Assembly (NCBI GenBank): GCA_030704615.1 | Contig: CM060731.1 | Span: 88,846,001 to 88,910,000 of the forward strand | Origin: Takakia lepidozioides | Lineage: Eukaryota; Plantae; Bryophyta | Direction of reading: 5' to 3' | Length of the DNA stretch: 64,000 bases | In this document: one piece after another, positions 60,168 to 64,000 of the stretch | Layout: each line of letters begins with the position of its first letter | Numbering within the stretch: the stretch's first letter is position 1 | Position numbers and translations under genes: made by a program | The notes under the pieces: model-generated | Database searches by the model: none | The model's input: the letters and a program-made list of their open reading frames with translations, nothing else | What the model was told of the DNA's origin: nothing

Positions 60168-63100
60168 TATGTCAGACCAAAGCAGAAATTACCATTGGAC
60201 AGCTATTAGCTGTGGCACCTTATTGTAGGCACAGGCTGTATCAAGCAATCAATCGAATTGCCCAAGAGACAGGAAACACAGACCTGAACAGCAAGGTGAC
60301 CAGTTATAATGTGAAGCCGGAAGGGCGAGAACCAGTCATGGACTTTGATGATTCTATGCCAGTAATCCAATTGAGAATTGGAAGCACAGAACTAACTGAT
60401 GTACTGATAGATGGTGGTTCTGGAGTAAATATCATGACAGACCAATTAAGGAAGAAGCTTGGTCTAAGTAACATGAAACCAGCCCCATTTACAGTAACAA
60501 TGGCAGATCAAAGAAGTGTGCAGCCATTGGGATTAATAAGAGGAGTTAAGATACAGATACAGAAAATGATCTTTATGATCACAGTAACTGTATTAAAAAT
60601 GGATGAAGTCATGGAGGCTTACTCCTTATTATTGGGACGTCCGTGGCTGAAACAGGCCAGGGTATTCCATGACTGGAATTCTCAGTTACTAACCGTGCAT
60701 AATGGGATACACGAGATACAAATTACCACAAAGAAATCTAGTAGATTACCTGCTACAAGAAGACCTCGAGGAGTCAGAGAGTATGACTGGAGAGGAGGAC
60801 TGGATGAGGAGCAGGAAGCTACCCTATTTGCTGCACACCCAGAGTGGGAGCAGGTTGCAGAGATGCGGCTGGAAAGCCTAAGTTGTTTGAGAGGTATCTG
60901 CTGTGGTGTAGTGACAGCAACACCAACTGAAGAGGAAACCAGCATTTACCCATCACATTTCTATGAAGAGAGAGAAGGAGAAATAGAAATCCTAGAAGAA
61001 CCAGCCACTGTGAGCTTACAGGATGAAGTGGTGACTGGTTGGACAATCACAGCTGATGAGCAGGTGAGAGAAGTAAATGTGGGAACTAAAGAGGAACCGA
61101 GGATGGTGAAAGTAGGAGCTGATTTGGAGCCGGAATTCTTCGAAGAAGCTAAAAGCTTGTTCATCAAATACAGAGATGTATTTGCTTGGAGCTATGAGGA
61201 TCTAAAAGGGATACCACCTGAAGTCTGTCAGCATAAGATTGAACTGGAACCAGGGTCAGTACCAATCAAGCAGGCGAGGTATAGAATGAATCCCAACTAC
61301 GCACAGAAGGTTGGAGAAGAGATAAAGAAGTTGGCTGAGGCTAAGTTTATATACCCAATAGAGTATACAACTTGGTTGTCACCCATTGTAATAGTTCCCA
61401 AGAAGAATGGCAAACTAAGAGTATGTGTGAACTATAAGAAGCTGAATGCTTGTACGAAGAAAGATCCTTTCCCTTTGCCATTCACAGAAGCAGTATTAGA
61501 CACTGTGGCAGGCCATGAGATGTACTCATTCATGGATGGCTTCAGTGGTTATAATCAAGTGCAAGTGGCAGAAGAAGACCAAGGGAAAACAGCTTTCATC
61601 ACAGACTGGGGGCTTATGCATACAAAGTCATGCCCTTTGGACTTTGTAATGCACCAGCGACCTTTCAGAGAGTGATAAGTGAATCTTTTCATGAGTATCT
61701 GGATGATTTCATGCAGGTATTCTTGGATGATTTCAGTGTGTACAGCTCTAAGAGTGAGCACTTGCATAAATTGGAGTTATGTTTGGCCAGATGCAGGATG
61801 AGAGGTCTGGGCCTGAATCCAGAGAAGTGTACTTTCTGTGTGAACTCAGGGGTGCTTCTGGGACACATTGTGTGTAAGAAGGGACTCCTTGTGGATCCCA
61901 GAAAGACAGAGTCCATTAAAGCCTCTCCACCACCAGTGAATGTTAAAAGTCTACGAAGATTCCTTGGGCAAACCAGTTATTACAGGAGATTTGTCAAAAG
62001 GTATGCACAAATAGCAGCACCATTGAGCAAACTACTGAAGAAAGATGCAGTGTTTGCCTGGACAGCTGAATGTCAACAGGCATTTGAGGAACTTACACTG
62101 TCAGTAACAACTACACCTGTGCTGATTAACCCTCACTGGCATGTAGTATTCCATGTTCACTGCGATGCATCAGGAGAAGCGTTGGGAGCGGTGTTAGCCC
62201 AGAATGTTACAGGGAATATAGATTCACCTGTGTACTATGCTAGCCGGTTGATGAACAGTGCTGAGAGGAACTATAGCACAACGGAAAGAGAAGCATTGGC
62301 AATGATCTATGCAGTGAAGAAATTCAGGCATTACCTGTTGGGCAAGAAGTTTATGTTCTATGTGGATCACCAGGCTCTGATATACCTGGTAAACAAACCT
62401 CTGATAAGCGGAAGAATAGCAAGATGGTTGATAATCTTGCACGAGTTTGAGTTCGAGGTTGTTTACAAGCCTGGGAGACTGCATCTTGTGGCGGATCATT
62501 TGTCACGATTGTCAACAGGAGAACCAGCCACAGGAATAGATGATCAATTACCAGATGCGAGTCTCTTTGCAGTGGAGGTGCAGGGAAGTGCAGATGACTG
62601 GTTAGATTGGCAGTGGCCAATCAGATACTACCTTGCTCATGGTCAGTGCCCACCTAGTTATGGTAAGGAGCAGAGGAAGAGAATCGCTATCAAAGCTTTA
62701 CCTTATACTATGGTAGGAAGCAGAATGTATAAGTTAGGACCTGATGGAGTACTAAAACGATGCTTGTACCACCATGAAGTAAATAAAGTTTTGGCGGAAG
62801 TTCATAAAGGAGTGGCTGGAGGTCATTTTGGAGAAGAGACTACCAGTAGAAAGATACTACTCGCAGGATACTGGTGGCCTACTTTGTTCAAAGATGTACA
62901 CGAGTATTGTCAGAAGTGTGATGAATGTCAGAGGCTAGGACCTTTGCAGAGATCTGGAAGGATGGCCTTGCATCCTACAATGCCTACGGAACCATTTCAG
63001 AAATGGGGACTAGACTTTGTTGGACCAATTAACCCACCATCCAAGAATACACGAAACAGGTACATAATTACAGCCACTGATTATACTACAAAGTGGGTGG

Positions 63101-63948
63101 AAGCTAAAGCTTTGAGGGACAACACAGCCAAGTCCACAGCAAGGTTCCTGTACGAGAACATACTTACACGATTTGGCTGTCCCTTAGAATTTATCAGTGA
63201 TCAAGGAAGTCACTTCATGAATGAGACCATTGAGTTGTTGACTAAAGAGTTTATGATTGTGCATAGAAAGAGTACAACATATTACCCACAGGGTAATGGG
63301 CAGGCAGAGGCTACCAACAAAATACTATGTACTATCTTGGCTAAGATAGTCAATGCAAACAGAACGGATTGGGATACGAAGCTGCTGACAGCTTTGTGGT
63401 CATACAGGACTTCATATAAAGTCACCACTAAGTATACACCATTCCAATTAGTTTATGGTATGGAAGCCTTACTTCCAGTGGAATTCCTGTTACCTACCAT
63501 GAGAACGGAGTGGGGAAAAAGAATGGAATTGCAAGACTCCATCAAGGTCAGGAAACATGAATTATACCATGTGGAAGAAGTACGTGCTGATGCAGCTGAT
63601 AATATGACCAGAATTCAGATGAAGCGAAAGGAACAGTTTGATGAAGGCAAGTTAAAGACTTTTAAGACGGGGGATTTGGTTCTATGGTTGCAGAAGAAAG
63701 GAAAGATTCAAGCTTCTAAGCTTAAATCACCGTGGAAAGGACCTTATGTCATACAAAAGATGTATGATAACAACACCGCCATGTTACAAACCATTAACAA
63801 AGAAATGCTGGGAAGAGTCAATGCAAATAAGTTGAAGGGGTACAGTGGTATCCATGACAAACCTTGCAGCATGATTTGCATGTTGAACCGCAAGAGAGTC
63901 ACGGGCTGCACCAGTGTTACGAACGGAGTATGGAACACTTGTCGCTAG
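60134..63948 (+). pseudogene. pol: pol (PR, RT, RNase H, integrase) of a non-chromovirus Ty3/gypsy element
   Basis: VLIDGGSGVN, LRVCVNYKKLN, MDGFSGYNQ, FLDDF, HCDAS, NYSTTEREAL, WGLDFVGP, SDQG, GNGQAEATNK and WKGPY. No chromodomain; frameshift at about 61610. Confidence 0.95.
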
Positions 63949-64000
63949 GCCCAGCATATATGACCAGGGTGGGCAAAACAAACGTGACACATCCTATCAC

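Overview
This is repeat-dense eukaryotic DNA, most likely from a non-seed land plant. The inference rests on PLS-type PPR remnants, a tRNA-iMet-primed chromovirus, an RTEX-like LINE and En/Spm genes with GT-AG introns. No intact cellular gene is evident; the window is a nested transposon stack. Undoing one 5.4-kb inversion (11659-17073) gives a coherent history supported by two matching 3-bp target-site duplications (TSDs) and two complementary LTR halves. A ~13-kb CACTA element ('C', TIR CACTACTACGTTT, TSD CAA) sits in a PPR gene and carries divergent tnpD/tnpA genes plus a spliced SET-domain gene. A second CACTA ('B', TIR CACTAGAAGCATTCGTGTC, TSD CTA) is nested in C's tnpD and encloses another tnpD and a tnpA-like gene with an embedded FCP1/NIF HAD-phosphatase domain. 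A young Penelope-like retroelement (PLE) of the Naiad/Chlamys type (35961-45440) also lies inside element C. It has near-identical 1.9-kb pseudo-LTRs, CT tracts at both ends, a separate RGG-bearing ORF1, no recognisable GIY-YIG endonuclease and a structured 3' UTR. The rest comprises rearranged Ty3/gypsy chromovirus copies, a MULE remnant, LINE fragments, tandem repeats and a non-chromovirus Ty3/gypsy element with an extra ORF before gag. Many frameshifts are single-base indels and may be sequencing errors. All family assignments come from motif recognition, not database searches.
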